NCBI GenBank assembly: GCA_963731735.1 | Contig: CAVSWO010000002.1 | Span: forward strand, 692,257 to 756,256 | Origin: Candidatus Kerfeldbacteria bacterium | GTDB lineage: Bacteria; Patescibacteriota; Patescibacteriia; SBBC01; CAIJZX01 | Direction: 5' to 3' | DNA: 64,000 bases | Shown: positions 27,353 to 37,134 of the stretch, in pieces | How the letters are laid out: every line of letters begins with the position of its first letter | How positions within the stretch are numbered: position 1 is the stretch's first letter | Notes under the pieces: model-generated | Database searches by the model: none | Seen by the model: only the letters and a program-made list of their open reading frames with translations | Told to the model about the DNA's origin: nothing | Position numbers and translations under genes: made by a program

Positions 27353-28156
27353 ATGATCACAGAATATATTTGGGCGGTAGTTTTCGGCGCGGTCCAGGGC
27401 CTGACCGAATTTTTACCAATTTCGAGTTCGGGTCATTTAGTAATCCTCCACAGTATAGCAGATTTTTCGTTTGGAGACGCCTTGGCTTTCGATGTGGCCC
27501 TGCATGTCGGGACATTGGTGGCGGTCGTGTGGTATTTTCGGCAGGATATTAGCCGCTTATTCCGAGGCTGGATCCGGACCTTCCAAGGTACCGTGGATGC
27601 CTCGGGGAAGCTTGCTTGGTATATTCTGATGGCCACGGTTCCGGCGGCCATTTTAGGGTATTTGCTCGAATCCACCTTTGAAGAGAAGTTTCGCCGGCCG
27701 GAATTGGTCGGGATTGTATTGGCGCTGGGTGGTATCGCGCTCTGGGCGGCTGATCGCTGGTCGACTTCGCGTCGATCAATAGAACAGGGCGGCTGGGTCA
27801 GCGCTTTGAGCATCGGATTTGGTCAGGCCCTGGCCCTGATTCCCGGTGTTTCACGTTCGGGTGCGACCATCATGGTAGCGCGACTCTTTGGGTTTACCCG
27901 GGATGCGGCGGCTCGCTTTTCTTTTTTGCTGTCGATTCCCATTATCGCCGGCGCCGGTCTGAAAAAAGCCTTGGATGTGCAGGCCGCAACCATTGATTGG
28001 GGTCCATTTGCGGTCGGGATGATCGCTTCAGGTATCGTCGGCTATTGGGCGATTGGTTTTCTGCTGCGTCTTGTCCAGCGCCGGACTTACACGGGATTTG
28101 CGATTTACCGCTTGATCATTGGCGCCCTGGTTTTCGCGCTGTGGTACGGACGATAA
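27353..28156 (+). CDS. uppP: undecaprenyl-diphosphatase
   Basis: GLTEFLPISSSGHLVIL and PGVSRSGATI motifs. Eight TM helices. Confidence 0.95.
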   Translation: MITEYIWAVVFGAVQGLTEFLPISSSGHLVILHSIADFSFGDALAFDVALHVGTLVAVVWYFRQDISRLFRGWIRTFQGTVDASGKLAWYILMATVPAAILGYLLESTFEEKFRRPELVGIVLALGGIALWAADRWSTSRRSIEQGGWVSALSIGFGQALALIPGVSRSGATIMVARLFGFTRDAAARFSFLLSIPIIAGAGLKKALDVQAATIDWGPFAVGMIASGIVGYWAIGFLLRLVQRRTYTGFAIYRLIIGALVFALWYGR

Positions 28157-28159
28157 CAA

Positions 28160-28185
28160 ACAACCCGCCGAAGCGGGCTGTTTGC
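28160..28185. terminator. bidirectional intrinsic terminator between convergent uppP and the surface-protein operon (cccgc-cgaa-gcggg, T-rich on both strands)
   Basis: Hairpin at 28164-28177 with ctgtttg downstream on the plus strand and ttgtttgtta downstream on the minus strand. Confidence 0.55.
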
Positions 28186-28196
28186 GATCAGTCGAG

Positions 28197-29233
28197 TTAG
28201 GATGACTGCGTCGGTGGCGGCGGTGTCGGCAGTTGCCGTAAGGCCAAGACACTCAAGCCGAGGGTGACCAGGGCCAAAACCCAATCCCACCAGAGCAGCT
28301 GTTCGCAACCGGTTGCGCGGTGGACGATAATTAAGGCGATTGCCCCGCCCAGGCCAACGATGGCCGGCCAAATTTTGGTAATCGGAACCAGGGCGTAGAG
28401 AATCGCGACGCCAATCAAGAAGACGATCATAATCACGACCCATAACCAGGTGGCCAAGGTAGTGCAGGCTTCGGTCGACTCTTCGGACATCGAGTTCGCC
28501 GCATTGGTATTACTGGTGTTCAGATTGGTGACCGCATTGGTATTGTCGTTGGCATTGGTGTTGCCATTGGAATTGGAGCTGGCGCTGGTGTTACTCGAGT
28601 TAGTGTCAGTCGCGCCATTCGTATTTGCCGTTTCCCCAACCGGGACTTCTTTGACGACCACGGCGACTTGTCCGGTGATCGATCCGACGGTCGCTTGGAC
28701 TTTCCCGGTCCCGACATTCGTAGCCGTGAAGGTCCCGTCAGCGGCGATCGTTCCGATCTCGCCAATCACTGACCACGTCGGCGTGAAACCGGTAACTTCA
28801 TTGCTTTGCGCGTCAAAACCGCGAGCGGTAAATTTTCGAGCGCTGCCCTGATTAATTAACTCAGGATCCGTGTTCGGGTTGATGGAAAGCTCTTTGAGCG
28901 CACCGGCCGTAACCATGACAGTGGCATCCGCTGTCAGGCTTTCAAAGCTGGCCTGAACTTTCCAGGCTCCGGTTTGACCGGCGAAATATGTCGCACCGGT
29001 CATGCTGCCCAGGGGATCATTGCTGGAAATAAAAGCGGCGCTGGTCACGTCCGTCGTGTTTCCGTCTTTGTCCTTGGCGGTGACCACGAAGGTTTGGTTC
29101 TGGTCCGACGTCAAATGTACGGACGCTGGACTAATCGTCAGCGAAGTGGCCGGTCCGGCGGCCTGAGTGGATGACGCGAGGAGCCCGCCGAACAAGAGTG
29201 CTCCCAGGGTCAGAATTTGTGCAACATGTCGCA
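28197..29233 (-). CDS. cell-surface protein: signal peptide, two Big_2 (bacterial Ig-like) domains, Asn/Thr/Ser-rich low-complexity linker, C-terminal triple-TM anchor
   Basis: Signal peptide MRHVAQILTLGALLFGGLLASSTQAAG; Ig-like repeats (..SVHLTSDQNQTFVVTAKDKDGN..); TNGATDTNSSNTSASSNSNGNTNANDNTNA linker; three hydrophobic helices. The track start 29273 is a TTG; the ATG at 29233 is used here. Confidence 0.6.
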
Positions 29234-29244
29234 TAGCGAATAGG

Positions 29245-29901
29245 TTACGATATAAGATCTCCGAAAAGGACAAGTCGTTGTTTGGTTGAAAAGAGTGGTG
29301 TACAGGTGAAAATCGTCAATTTCGGTTCGGGCGTATTTTGGAGTATATCGACCCGGTCCGGGCTGACAATCTCGCGCCCAGTGATTTTGTAAATGTATTC
29401 TTGGCCCTGCCAGTAGATAATGGCCGGTTGGCCGTTTTCAACCTTATCCAGAAGATACAGGGTCGTGCTGCTGGGTGGCAAGTATTGCCAACGATGGCCA
29501 GACAGTACGATATTACCACCTTTGGTCGGATCCGATGTATTGGGGATGTGCCAGATACCACCTAAGTCAAGCACCTTCTGCGTCGGTCCTTCCAGAATCG
29601 GCATATCGACGCCAATGCTTGGAATCAACAGGCGATTATCTTTTGGCAGCGGTTTATTCTCAACTACCGGTAATTTTGGAAAGGCGGACAGGGAGAGCCC
29701 GCTGTCGTTGACCGTGGTTTGATAGGGCAGGATCGGGGCCGGTTTGAGGAGTGCGTACCGGAGAGCCGGGATAAAGGGGTAGAGTATGACACCCAGGCCT
29801 AGCAGGACGCCCAGAATGGCGACACCGAGCCAAATCCGCCCCGTCGCACGTGAGCGACGGGGCGGTTGGGAAGCTTGTGTCTTAGGCGGAAATTCCGTCA
29901 T
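29245..29901 (-). CDS. sortase (class E-like transpeptidase)
   Basis: N-terminal signal-anchor, His motif GNIVLSGHR, catalytic TLxTC motif LTIFTCTPLFS, and Arg in RLVLFG. Confidence 0.85.
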   Translation of the reverse strand: MTEFPPKTQASQPPRRSRATGRIWLGVAILGVLLGLGVILYPFIPALRYALLKPAPILPYQTTVNDSGLSLSAFPKLPVVENKPLPKDNRLLIPSIGVDMPILEGPTQKVLDLGGIWHIPNTSDPTKGGNIVLSGHRWQYLPPSSTTLYLLDKVENGQPAIIYWQGQEYIYKITGREIVSPDRVDILQNTPEPKLTIFTCTPLFSTKQRLVLFGDLIS

Positions 29902-32900
29902 CTCGGCGACGCAGGCGACCGATCGCGTAGAGGGCCAGGCCCAAGGTCGTCAATCCCATCAAGAAGATCAGATAATCGCGGAGACCGACGCCGGTCGTGG
30001 CCAAGCCCAGCACCCGCGGGACGCGGACTTCGAGGTCGGCTTGAGCGACCAACGGATCGCTGCCATCAGCGGTCAGCACGGCGGTGTTTTGGTAAACACC
30101 AGCTTTGACATCTTTGCTGACCAAGACTTCGTAGTTCATGACCCGTTCGTGGTTCGCTTTGAGCGTACCAATGTTGAAGGTCTTCGTTCGTTCGCCACCT
30201 TCCACGAAGGTCAGGCCTTCCGGTAAGGTATCAGTAACGACCACGTTGGTTGCGTCGGCATTGCCGGAGTTGCGGATCGTCACCGTGTAGACCACGATCT
30301 TGCCCGGATTGGTGATTTTCGGATCAACCGATTTTTCGATTGACAGATCAATTTCCGGAGTCGCACCGAGCACTTGCGGGACGCGGACTTCAACGTTCGA
30401 ATCATCCGTGACTTGCGAGTGGTTATCTGCGTTCGCGTCGGCTACGTTCGTGTAGGTGCCGGCTGCCTGGGTGGCGCTGATAGACGCGTCATAGGTCACC
30501 GTAAAGGTCGCACCCGGCGCCAAATCACCGGCGTTCCAGGTAATCACCTGGCCGACCACCGAGGCCGGAGCGATGCTGGCTGAACCGGTCACGAAGCTGA
30601 AGCCGCTTGGCAGCGTATCAGTGACAATCACATGGTAAGCACTGTCGGTTGCGGCGGCGTCGTTGGTGACGACCAGGGAGTAGGTCACGCTCTTACCCGG
30701 GTTGGTGAAGCCTGAGACGCTGTTGGTCTTGACGATCGAAAGCGTCGGGGCGGATTCAACCGTGGTAGTGGTGGTGTCGTCATCGCAGTGTTCCACAACT
30801 TCTTCCTCGGTTCGAGTAAACGACTGGCCACAAACCGTACCGGTGTTCACCAATTGGGTGCCGTTCTGCAGCGGCGCAGCCGCCACGTCAACCACGAAGG
30901 TAACCGTGCCGGTATCGCCCGGAGTATGGGGGCCCAGATCCCAGGTTACGGTATTCGTGTTGGCATCGTAGGTGCCGCCGTTGTCGGCGCTGACGAATGT
31001 TTCGTTGGCCGGCAGCGGGTCGGTAATAATCAGCGAATCAATCGGCGCGTTGCCACTGGTCGCCCAGTCCAGAGTGTAGGTGAATTGGGCGCCTGGCGTG
31101 GTGGTGGCCGGAGCTGACTTGTCGATGCTAACCGTGAAGTCCGAGTGGACTTTCGTCGTAATCGTATCACAGTCGTGCTGTTGCGCGTCGGCGTCGATAC
31201 AGGCGGTATTTTCGATTGAAGTTCCGTCGGCTAACGGTGAGTCAACCGTGACTTGGTAGGAAACCGTTCCGGTATCGCCGGCTTGGCGGTTACCGAGGTT
31301 CCAGCTCAGGTCGTTGGTGGTATCATCCGGCGTACAGTTTGCTGTGGCATCGCAGGAAATGCTGGCCGGGACGTACGATGTCAGCAACGGAATTGTATCG
31401 GAGATGATCGCATTATCGACGTAGCCATCGCCGGTAATTTCCCAGGTCAAGGTGTAGTCCAGAACGCCACCAGCTTCAACCGGATCCGGGTTGGCAGCCT
31501 TGGTGATGTTCACGCCAGCCTGTTTGTCATTATTCGTAATGACGCAAGCTTTGACGTCACCGGCTTTCAGGCTGATGTTGCCCTTCGTATCACAGTCACC
31601 GCTAATTGTTCCGGCGTAGTTGCTGTCACCGGTCTCGCTGACGACATAATCACCGGCATTGAATCCGTTCTGATCACCGCTGTTGACGGTCGTCGTGTCA
31701 ACGAAGAGCGGGAAATCAGACACCTGCTTGGTACCGCCGTTGTCATTGATGACAATCTTGGTAACCGTCAGGCGGGGTTGGATATCATCGTTCGTAATCG
31801 TGCAGGTAACATCTTCACCTTCATCTAAGGTCATGGTTCCATTGAGGACATCCGGGCACTTGGCATCGCCGGTAATGTCAACGAAGTTGTAATCGCTGCG
31901 ACCAGCTTCGTTCAAGGCGATCGGGGTGTTGGCATCAACGGGAACTGTTTGTCCGGAGTTCACCGCCTTCCCATCGACCGTCAGACCGAAGTCATTCGGA
32001 CCGGCGGTACCGCCGTTGTCGTTAATGACCACTTTATTCAACGTTACGGTTGGGGCAATGTCATCGTTCACAATCGTACAGCTAATGTGTTGGCCTTCGT
32101 CCAAGGTAACCGTACCGTTCAAGACATCCGGGCATTCTTTATCACCCGTGATTTCTTTGAAGGTATATCCGCTCAGACCCGCTTCATTCAAGGCGATCGG
32201 GGTGTTGGAATTCACGTCCAGTGTTTGGCCGGAAGTAACCGGCGTCCCACCAATCGTCAAACCGAAGTCATTCGGAACAGCATCACCGCCGTTGTCATTG
32301 ATGACATCCTTGGTCAGTGTGATCGACGGGGTGATATCGGTGTTGGTAATGACGCAGGTGTGCTGGCCATCTTTGGTAACAGTAATAGTGTTAGTGGCTT
32401 GGCCATCACATTGTATACCGACCTGAGAGTATCCAGCGATCAGATCTTCACTGACGTTATACGTACCGGTTGGTAAGTCGAAATCAGTCCCAGTTTGACT
32501 CCCGGCAAACGGGGAAACAATATTATTTCCACTCTGCTTGACGTATAGCGTGAAGTTGCTGGCGAGGGCGTTACCGCCATGATTGTTATTGACCTGTTTG
32601 ATGACAGTCAGGTGACCAGTATCACGGGTGTTCGTTACCACACATGTATGCGAACCGGTGGTGACGTGCACATAGCCTGGAGCTGGGAAGCTGACAATCG
32701 GGTCCGAAGGAGTTCCAAGACTGCAAGCTCCGGACATGTTGGTCAGAGTGTATCCATCCGGTCCATCGTACTCACGCAATGAATAATCACCCACCGGCAG
32801 GATGGTGGTATCACCGGAAGTCATGCCGCTTGTTCCCCCCGCTTGGAATCGCCAATCAAGCGGATCGGCATTTCCGCCGACCACCTGTTTGATGATGGTG

Positions 32901-35803
32901 ATCTGGCCCATATCACGCTCATTGATAATGGTACAGGTACCGCCCTTGGCCGTGACATTCATGGTGATGGTACCGGTTTGCGCGTCATAGCTACAAATAC
33001 CGGAGGCACCATAGATATGATAATCGGTTACCGCGTTTTCCGTAACGGTATAGGTACCAGTGTCGAAGGTGTTCGAGTCGCCGTTTTGGTAGTCACCATT
33101 ACCATCCACCGCAAAGTGGAAGGCACTCAGGTCCGCCGCGGGGAAGTTTCGAACGATTTTCTCGAACGTGACTTGACCTGTTTGGCGGGTGTTGGTGAAG
33201 ACACAGACAACATCTTGGTCTTTTGCAACATGAACTTCGCCCGTCAGCTGATTCACGGAGACTGGACCGCTATTGTCGGAACAAACTAAGGATGAATCAT
33301 AATTCGTTAAGCCACCGGTCTCAGAGACGAAGTAGTCCCCGGTATCAACCGGGATTTTTCCGGTGGTATCATTTTTTCCGACCACATCGTAGCTGGTAAC
33401 CTGGTCACCATTTTCACTGGTTCCGATCTGCAACGTTGTGGATCCAGCGGTACCGCTCCAGACTTTTTGTAATTCAATAGTGCCCTGATCCCGAACATTG
33501 GTAAAGGTGCAGGTTGTAGTCGTATCTTTCACAACCGTGGCCGTTGAAGGGTTGGCATCGGTACAATTCGCTCCGGAAACCGAGCTGAAGGTGTAATCGA
33601 TTGGTTCAGCTTCTTGAACCGTGTAATCACCTGTGTTCAGTCCGGGAACGGAGATTTCACCGTTTGCATCGGTGGTGTACTCAGTGCCATCGATGGTGAA
33701 TTTTACTCCTTCCATTCGGTTCTGATCCTGGTCGAGTTTAATAACCTTCAGATCGCCCGTGTCTCGGGAAAGGGAGTTATTGGTCGTTACCGTAACACTT
33801 GAACCATCTCCGGCCGGAATGGTAACCGAAGCGGAGGGAGAGAATGTGGGGGTTCCGAAAGTGTACCCTTGAGGTGCTGTCGGAAGATTGGGTTCACTAA
33901 CTGTGCAAGAAGTTCCGGTTGGAATTCCGCTTACAGTTTGTGAAGCGCCGGCCGCCACGGAGACGTCACCAATGAAACTCGTGCCGCATTCATAGTGAAG
34001 ACTGAACGGTCCAGTGTATCCGTTCGGTCCGCCCGTGAGAGCCTTTTCCAGTTTCAGAGATCCGGTATCGCGGGTGTTGGTGAACGAGCATGTCAGCCCC
34101 TTTTCTGTCAGGGAAACTTGGGCCGATTCAACCGCTCCCAAACTCTGCCCATCGCAAGTCAAGTCGGTGACATGGTAACCCGGTTGCTGATCTTCATTGA
34201 TCGTGTAGGTTCCGGTGTCGAGCGTTTGGCTGGTGCCGGTCGCGGTGTTTTGTGGACCTCCTTGAACGTCCCAGGTCCAGTTGGTAGCGTTCGTAATATC
34301 AACTTTACCGTCGCCATCCGTATCAACATTTTTGAGCACTAACAAGTCGCCCGTATTGCGGGTGTTAGTGAAAGTACAGGTGCCGCCCTTCGTCGTAACG
34401 TCAAGCGTTGCTGTTTGGCCTTTCAAGTAGTCACAGATACCAGTGGCGCTGGTCGACGTATAGCCACTCGGTCCAGATTCAGTCACCTGATATTGTCCGG
34501 GAGCTAAATTCACCGTATCGCCGTCATGGAAGATTCCATTGACGCCATCAATCGTAAAGTCCCAATCACTCGGTTGGGCGGTTCCGCCGACCACGATTTT
34601 TTCGAAGGTGACCGTGCCGAGATCTTGGGCGTTGTGAATTTCACAAGATTGGTCCAGGGTGTCGGCTGAGGAACCACTGATAGCCAGGTTTGAGCACGTG
34701 CTGGAAACCTGATGGTATCCGCTAATCTGTGATTCAGAAACTGCGTAGGTGCCAACCGGCAGATGATCAAAGACAACCGTGTCGGTTCCTGGAGCAGGGG
34801 AGATCGGACCGGTTCCGGCCGGATCTGGCGAGATGGTGAATGACCACTGGTCAGGCGTGGCGTTACCCGAGTCGACGATTTTGGTAACGGTTACGCTGCC
34901 GAGCAGAACTGCACCTGGTTGGATTGAGCGGTCTTGGTTCTTATTTCCGCTGTTGTCCAGTTGTTGGGTTCGCATGTGGAATGGCGAACCTGAAATACTG
35001 GCCGCGCCTTTTCCGGCGCCGTGGTCGATGGATGAAGCTAAATGGCCACCCCAAGCGATCAATACTTGGTCGACGCCAGCGCCAACGGTGAAACTCAGCT
35101 CAATGTCTTTGGTGCTGTTACCAGTTAGCGGGCCGCTCAGTGCGTATGTTCCAAGGCTGGCGGAAGACGCGCCATAGACCAAAACGGCTTGGGTATTCGA
35201 CTGGAAGCCTGAATTAGCCGGGTCAACGGGAATAGCAGCACTGGCTGGTGTCGTAGCACAGGTCGTGCTAAAACCCGTTAGACTGTCACACACGTCTGGA
35301 TTTTCAGTCTGGTTCCAATTGGCTAGATAATCGTATGAATAAATACCACCTGAGGTGAAATCATAGTTCAGGTGGATGGTGTGGGTGCCAGCCGACAGGC
35401 CAGTCACCGACAATCGGAACGGCACAACCTCGCCCTCGACATAATGCGAGTTGTTCGAGTTAAGGTTTCCATTTTGCCACTCGGCCGTTCCTGGAGGGGT
35501 CAGTTTGCCGTTGGCATACTGGTCCAGGTTGACGTTGCTGTTGGTGGTGGCAGCGTGAGCAGCCGGAACGCTCCAAGCGCCCACGTAGCTCAAATTAGCT
35601 ACCATAACCAGGCCCACAATAAGATTGAGGCCTTTCCACAGTCGTTCCTTGAACGACTTCTTTTTGATGAAGGTGATTTGCATAGGTCGTCGACTACCTA
35701 ATGAGTAAAAAGTTTCGTGATGTTGGTCTCTTTGTACAAAAAAACCAACAGAAAGCTTAATTACGAAACGTTGCAACGTACCACCACACGACAAAAATGT
35801 CAA
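29882..35803 (-). CDS. giant (1973 aa) repeat-rich cell-wall-anchored adhesin with LAxTG sorting signal
   Basis: Signal peptide. Many prealbumin/Cna-B-like modules (TFEKIVVGG, LKLEKALTGG, TIELQKVWSG). Three 90-aa tandem repeats, DUF11-like modules, and a C-terminal LATTG followed by a hydrophobic helix and an RLRRRDD tail. Confidence 0.85.
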   Translation of the reverse strand: MTFLSCGGTLQRFVIKLSVGFFVQRDQHHETFYSLGSRRPMQITFIKKKSFKERLWKGLNLIVGLVMVANLSYVGAWSVPAAHAATTNSNVNLDQYANGKLTPPGTAEWQNGNLNSNNSHYVEGEVVPFRLSVTGLSAGTHTIHLNYDFTSGGIYSYDYLANWNQTENPDVCDSLTGFSTTCATTPASAAIPVDPANSGFQSNTQAVLVYGASSASLGTYALSGPLTGNSTKDIELSFTVGAGVDQVLIAWGGHLASSIDHGAGKGAASISGSPFHMRTQQLDNSGNKNQDRSIQPGAVLLGSVTVTKIVDSGNATPDQWSFTISPDPAGTGPISPAPGTDTVVFDHLPVGTYAVSESQISGYHQVSSTCSNLAISGSSADTLDQSCEIHNAQDLGTVTFEKIVVGGTAQPSDWDFTIDGVNGIFHDGDTVNLAPGQYQVTESGPSGYTSTSATGICDYLKGQTATLDVTTKGGTCTFTNTRNTGDLLVLKNVDTDGDGKVDITNATNWTWDVQGGPQNTATGTSQTLDTGTYTINEDQQPGYHVTDLTCDGQSLGAVESAQVSLTEKGLTCSFTNTRDTGSLKLEKALTGGPNGYTGPFSLHYECGTSFIGDVSVAAGASQTVSGIPTGTSCTVSEPNLPTAPQGYTFGTPTFSPSASVTIPAGDGSSVTVTTNNSLSRDTGDLKVIKLDQDQNRMEGVKFTIDGTEYTTDANGEISVPGLNTGDYTVQEAEPIDYTFSSVSGANCTDANPSTATVVKDTTTTCTFTNVRDQGTIELQKVWSGTAGSTTLQIGTSENGDQVTSYDVVGKNDTTGKIPVDTGDYFVSETGGLTNYDSSLVCSDNSGPVSVNQLTGEVHVAKDQDVVCVFTNTRQTGQVTFEKIVRNFPAADLSAFHFAVDGNGDYQNGDSNTFDTGTYTVTENAVTDYHIYGASGICSYDAQTGTITMNVTAKGGTCTIINERDMGQITIIKQVVGGNADPLDWRFQAGGTSGMTSGDTTILPVGDYSLREYDGPDGYTLTNMSGACSLGTPSDPIVSFPAPGYVHVTTGSHTCVVTNTRDTGHLTVIKQVNNNHGGNALASNFTLYVKQSGNNIVSPFAGSQTGTDFDLPTGTYNVSEDLIAGYSQVGIQCDGQATNTITVTKDGQHTCVITNTDITPSITLTKDVINDNGGDAVPNDFGLTIGGTPVTSGQTLDVNSNTPIALNEAGLSGYTFKEITGDKECPDVLNGTVTLDEGQHISCTIVNDDIAPTVTLNKVVINDNGGTAGPNDFGLTVDGKAVNSGQTVPVDANTPIALNEAGRSDYNFVDITGDAKCPDVLNGTMTLDEGEDVTCTITNDDIQPRLTVTKIVINDNGGTKQVSDFPLFVDTTTVNSGDQNGFNAGDYVVSETGDSNYAGTISGDCDTKGNISLKAGDVKACVITNNDKQAGVNITKAANPDPVEAGGVLDYTLTWEITGDGYVDNAIISDTIPLLTSYVPASISCDATANCTPDDTTNDLSWNLGNRQAGDTGTVSYQVTVDSPLADGTSIENTACIDADAQQHDCDTITTKVHSDFTVSIDKSAPATTTPGAQFTYTLDWATSGNAPIDSLIITDPLPANETFVSADNGGTYDANTNTVTWDLGPHTPGDTGTVTFVVDVAAAPLQNGTQLVNTGTVCGQSFTRTEEEVVEHCDDDTTTTTVESAPTLSIVKTNSVSGFTNPGKSVTYSLVVTNDAAATDSAYHVIVTDTLPSGFSFVTGSASIAPASVVGQVITWNAGDLAPGATFTVTYDASISATQAAGTYTNVADANADNHSQVTDDSNVEVRVPQVLGATPEIDLSIEKSVDPKITNPGKIVVYTVTIRNSGNADATNVVVTDTLPEGLTFVEGGERTKTFNIGTLKANHERVMNYEVLVSKDVKAGVYQNTAVLTADGSDPLVAQADLEVRVPRVLGLATTGVGLRDYLIFLMGLTTLGLALYAIGRLRRRDDGISA
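31690..32490. repeat. three tandem copies of roughly 270 nt inside the adhesin gene, encoding the repeat VINDNGG..NDFGLT..G..V.SGQT..V..NTPIALNEAG.S.Y.F..ITGD..CPDVLNGT.TLDEG....CTI.NDDI.P
   Basis: Protein-level repeats are visible in the translation. Antisense ORFs also show repeated peptides (PPLSLMT...FTIVQ). Confidence 0.6.
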
Positions 35804-36045
35804 GTGGCATCTCGCTAAAACGTTAAGAATTATGACCTTTTGTTGGATTTTTCGTTTTTATCCTGGGAAAGGGCGATATTCGGAATGTACGAAACCTGGA
35901 AAAATGAGCGATACAAACAGAGAAAATCGAGTGTATATTCCACGATTCCTCCAATATTTGTCAAGTAAAAATCTACCTGACAATATAGCGATTGTACACG
36001 AAAAACGAGGCTTCGTACAAACCCCATTTTTGTTGGTTTTTGCCT
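35735..36045 (-). promoter_or_regulatory. AT-rich (about 38% GC) 5' region of the adhesin operon carrying at least five copies of a GTAC[AG]AAAC-like motif
   Basis: Copies at about 35744, 35763, 35888, 35994 and 36016. The two outermost copies are in inverted orientation. Confidence 0.35.
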
Positions 36046-36049
36046 ACTA

Positions 36050-37102
36050 TTAGAGACCTGTGGATAACTCTATGGGCTTGGGTTGGAGTGATGGTCGAAC
36101 TGGAACTGTCGCCGGGATATTTTTTCGGAGGGTACCGAATAAGACAATGATCAGGAAATCGGCCAGGAACACCGCCAACATAAGCCAAGGCAAATCATGT
36201 TTGAGGGTAAAGTCTGACTGGGTGAGGGGAGATGGGGACTGTGTTGAAGCCCCTTTGACCCGGGGTGAGAAATTTGGAGCCGTTAGATAGTCCGGATTTG
36301 GCTCTGTTAAGCTAAAAGTCAGGTTTGGAGCCGGACGATTCGCGTCAGAAACCAAGCTATGAATCATCGGTTCCGTTGGTACTGAGGTTAGAGCGGGAGG
36401 CGTAGGTTCGGGGGCGGCATGGTTGGTGGATGCAACCGGTACGCCTCGATTCCCGAATAATTGGACCACCACCGTTGAGGTCTGTCCCTCGATGATGCCG
36501 GTCGCTACGCCGACGCCGATATCGGTGTATTTGCTGGCCATAATATTGTCGCGATGAATCGGTGAGGCCATCCAACCCTGGAGTAAACCCGAAACATCAC
36601 TAAAATCCTTCGCCAAATTCTCGCCGGCTTCGGTAAAGGCATAGCCAACCCGATCAAACCAATACCAAGGACTTAACCCAGACGGTGAGGTGTGAGCAAA
36701 ATAGCCGTGGGTGGCCATATCATCGGCTTTCATTTGGGCGGCACGCTGAAGACGGTTATCGGGCGAGAGGACCGGCACACCGGCTGTTTGCCGAACTTGG
36801 TTTGTGGCCTGAATAACATCGGTGGCGTTGAAGGCCAGGGTTGGTAGCGGTAGGAGCAGGAATCCAGCCAGCAACACCGCCATAAAATTCCGGACCCCGG
36901 TTGGGAGCGTCGATGCAGTTTTGTCTGATGCAATGTCTGCAGTATTGATTGGCGGCAGAGATTGGACCACAAAGACACTCTGTCCATCGCGGACAGTGAT
37001 CGTAACTTCACCGGTCGGTCGGTGCACGAATTGTTTTGTTCGATGGCCGGGGAGCCAATCGGGGAATAGATGCATAGGGTGGAGTCGAAACGCGAGCGTC
37101 AT
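36050..37102 (-). CDS. CAP (SCP/PR-1-like) domain secreted or membrane-anchored protein
   Basis: CAP core (..ATNQVRQTAGVPVLSPDNRLQRAAQMKADDMATHGYFAHTSP...GENLA....LQGWMASPIHRDNI....TDIGVG) preceded by an N-terminal hydrophobic helix. Start is either GTG 37138 or ATG 37102. Confidence 0.7.
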   Translation of the reverse strand: MTLAFRLHPMHLFPDWLPGHRTKQFVHRPTGEVTITVRDGQSVFVVQSLPPINTADIASDKTASTLPTGVRNFMAVLLAGFLLLPLPTLAFNATDVIQATNQVRQTAGVPVLSPDNRLQRAAQMKADDMATHGYFAHTSPSGLSPWYWFDRVGYAFTEAGENLAKDFSDVSGLLQGWMASPIHRDNIMASKYTDIGVGVATGIIEGQTSTVVVQLFGNRGVPVASTNHAAPEPTPPALTSVPTEPMIHSLVSDANRPAPNLTFSLTEPNPDYLTAPNFSPRVKGASTQSPSPLTQSDFTLKHDLPWLMLAVFLADFLIIVLFGTLRKNIPATVPVRPSLQPKPIELSTGL

Positions 37103-37111
37103 GCAGAAAGC

Positions 37112-37134
37112 AAAAAACGCGCTCGCGAAGCGCG
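37112..37134 (-). terminator. terminator-like hairpin plus T6 on the minus strand (ggcgcgc-ttcgcga-gcgcg tttttt), 10 nt upstream of the CAP ATG at 37102
   Basis: Read directly. It lies inside the ORF if GTG 37138 is the start; otherwise it is a 5'-UTR attenuator-like element. Confidence 0.3.

Noticed and set aside
30374-35177. Numerous plus-strand ORFs (for example 30788..31117, 31253..31828, 31926..32426, 32843..33289) antisense to the giant adhesin gene
   Set aside because: They are embedded in a continuous 5.9-kb minus-strand ORF with clear domain architecture. Their repeated peptides mirror the adhesin tandem repeats.
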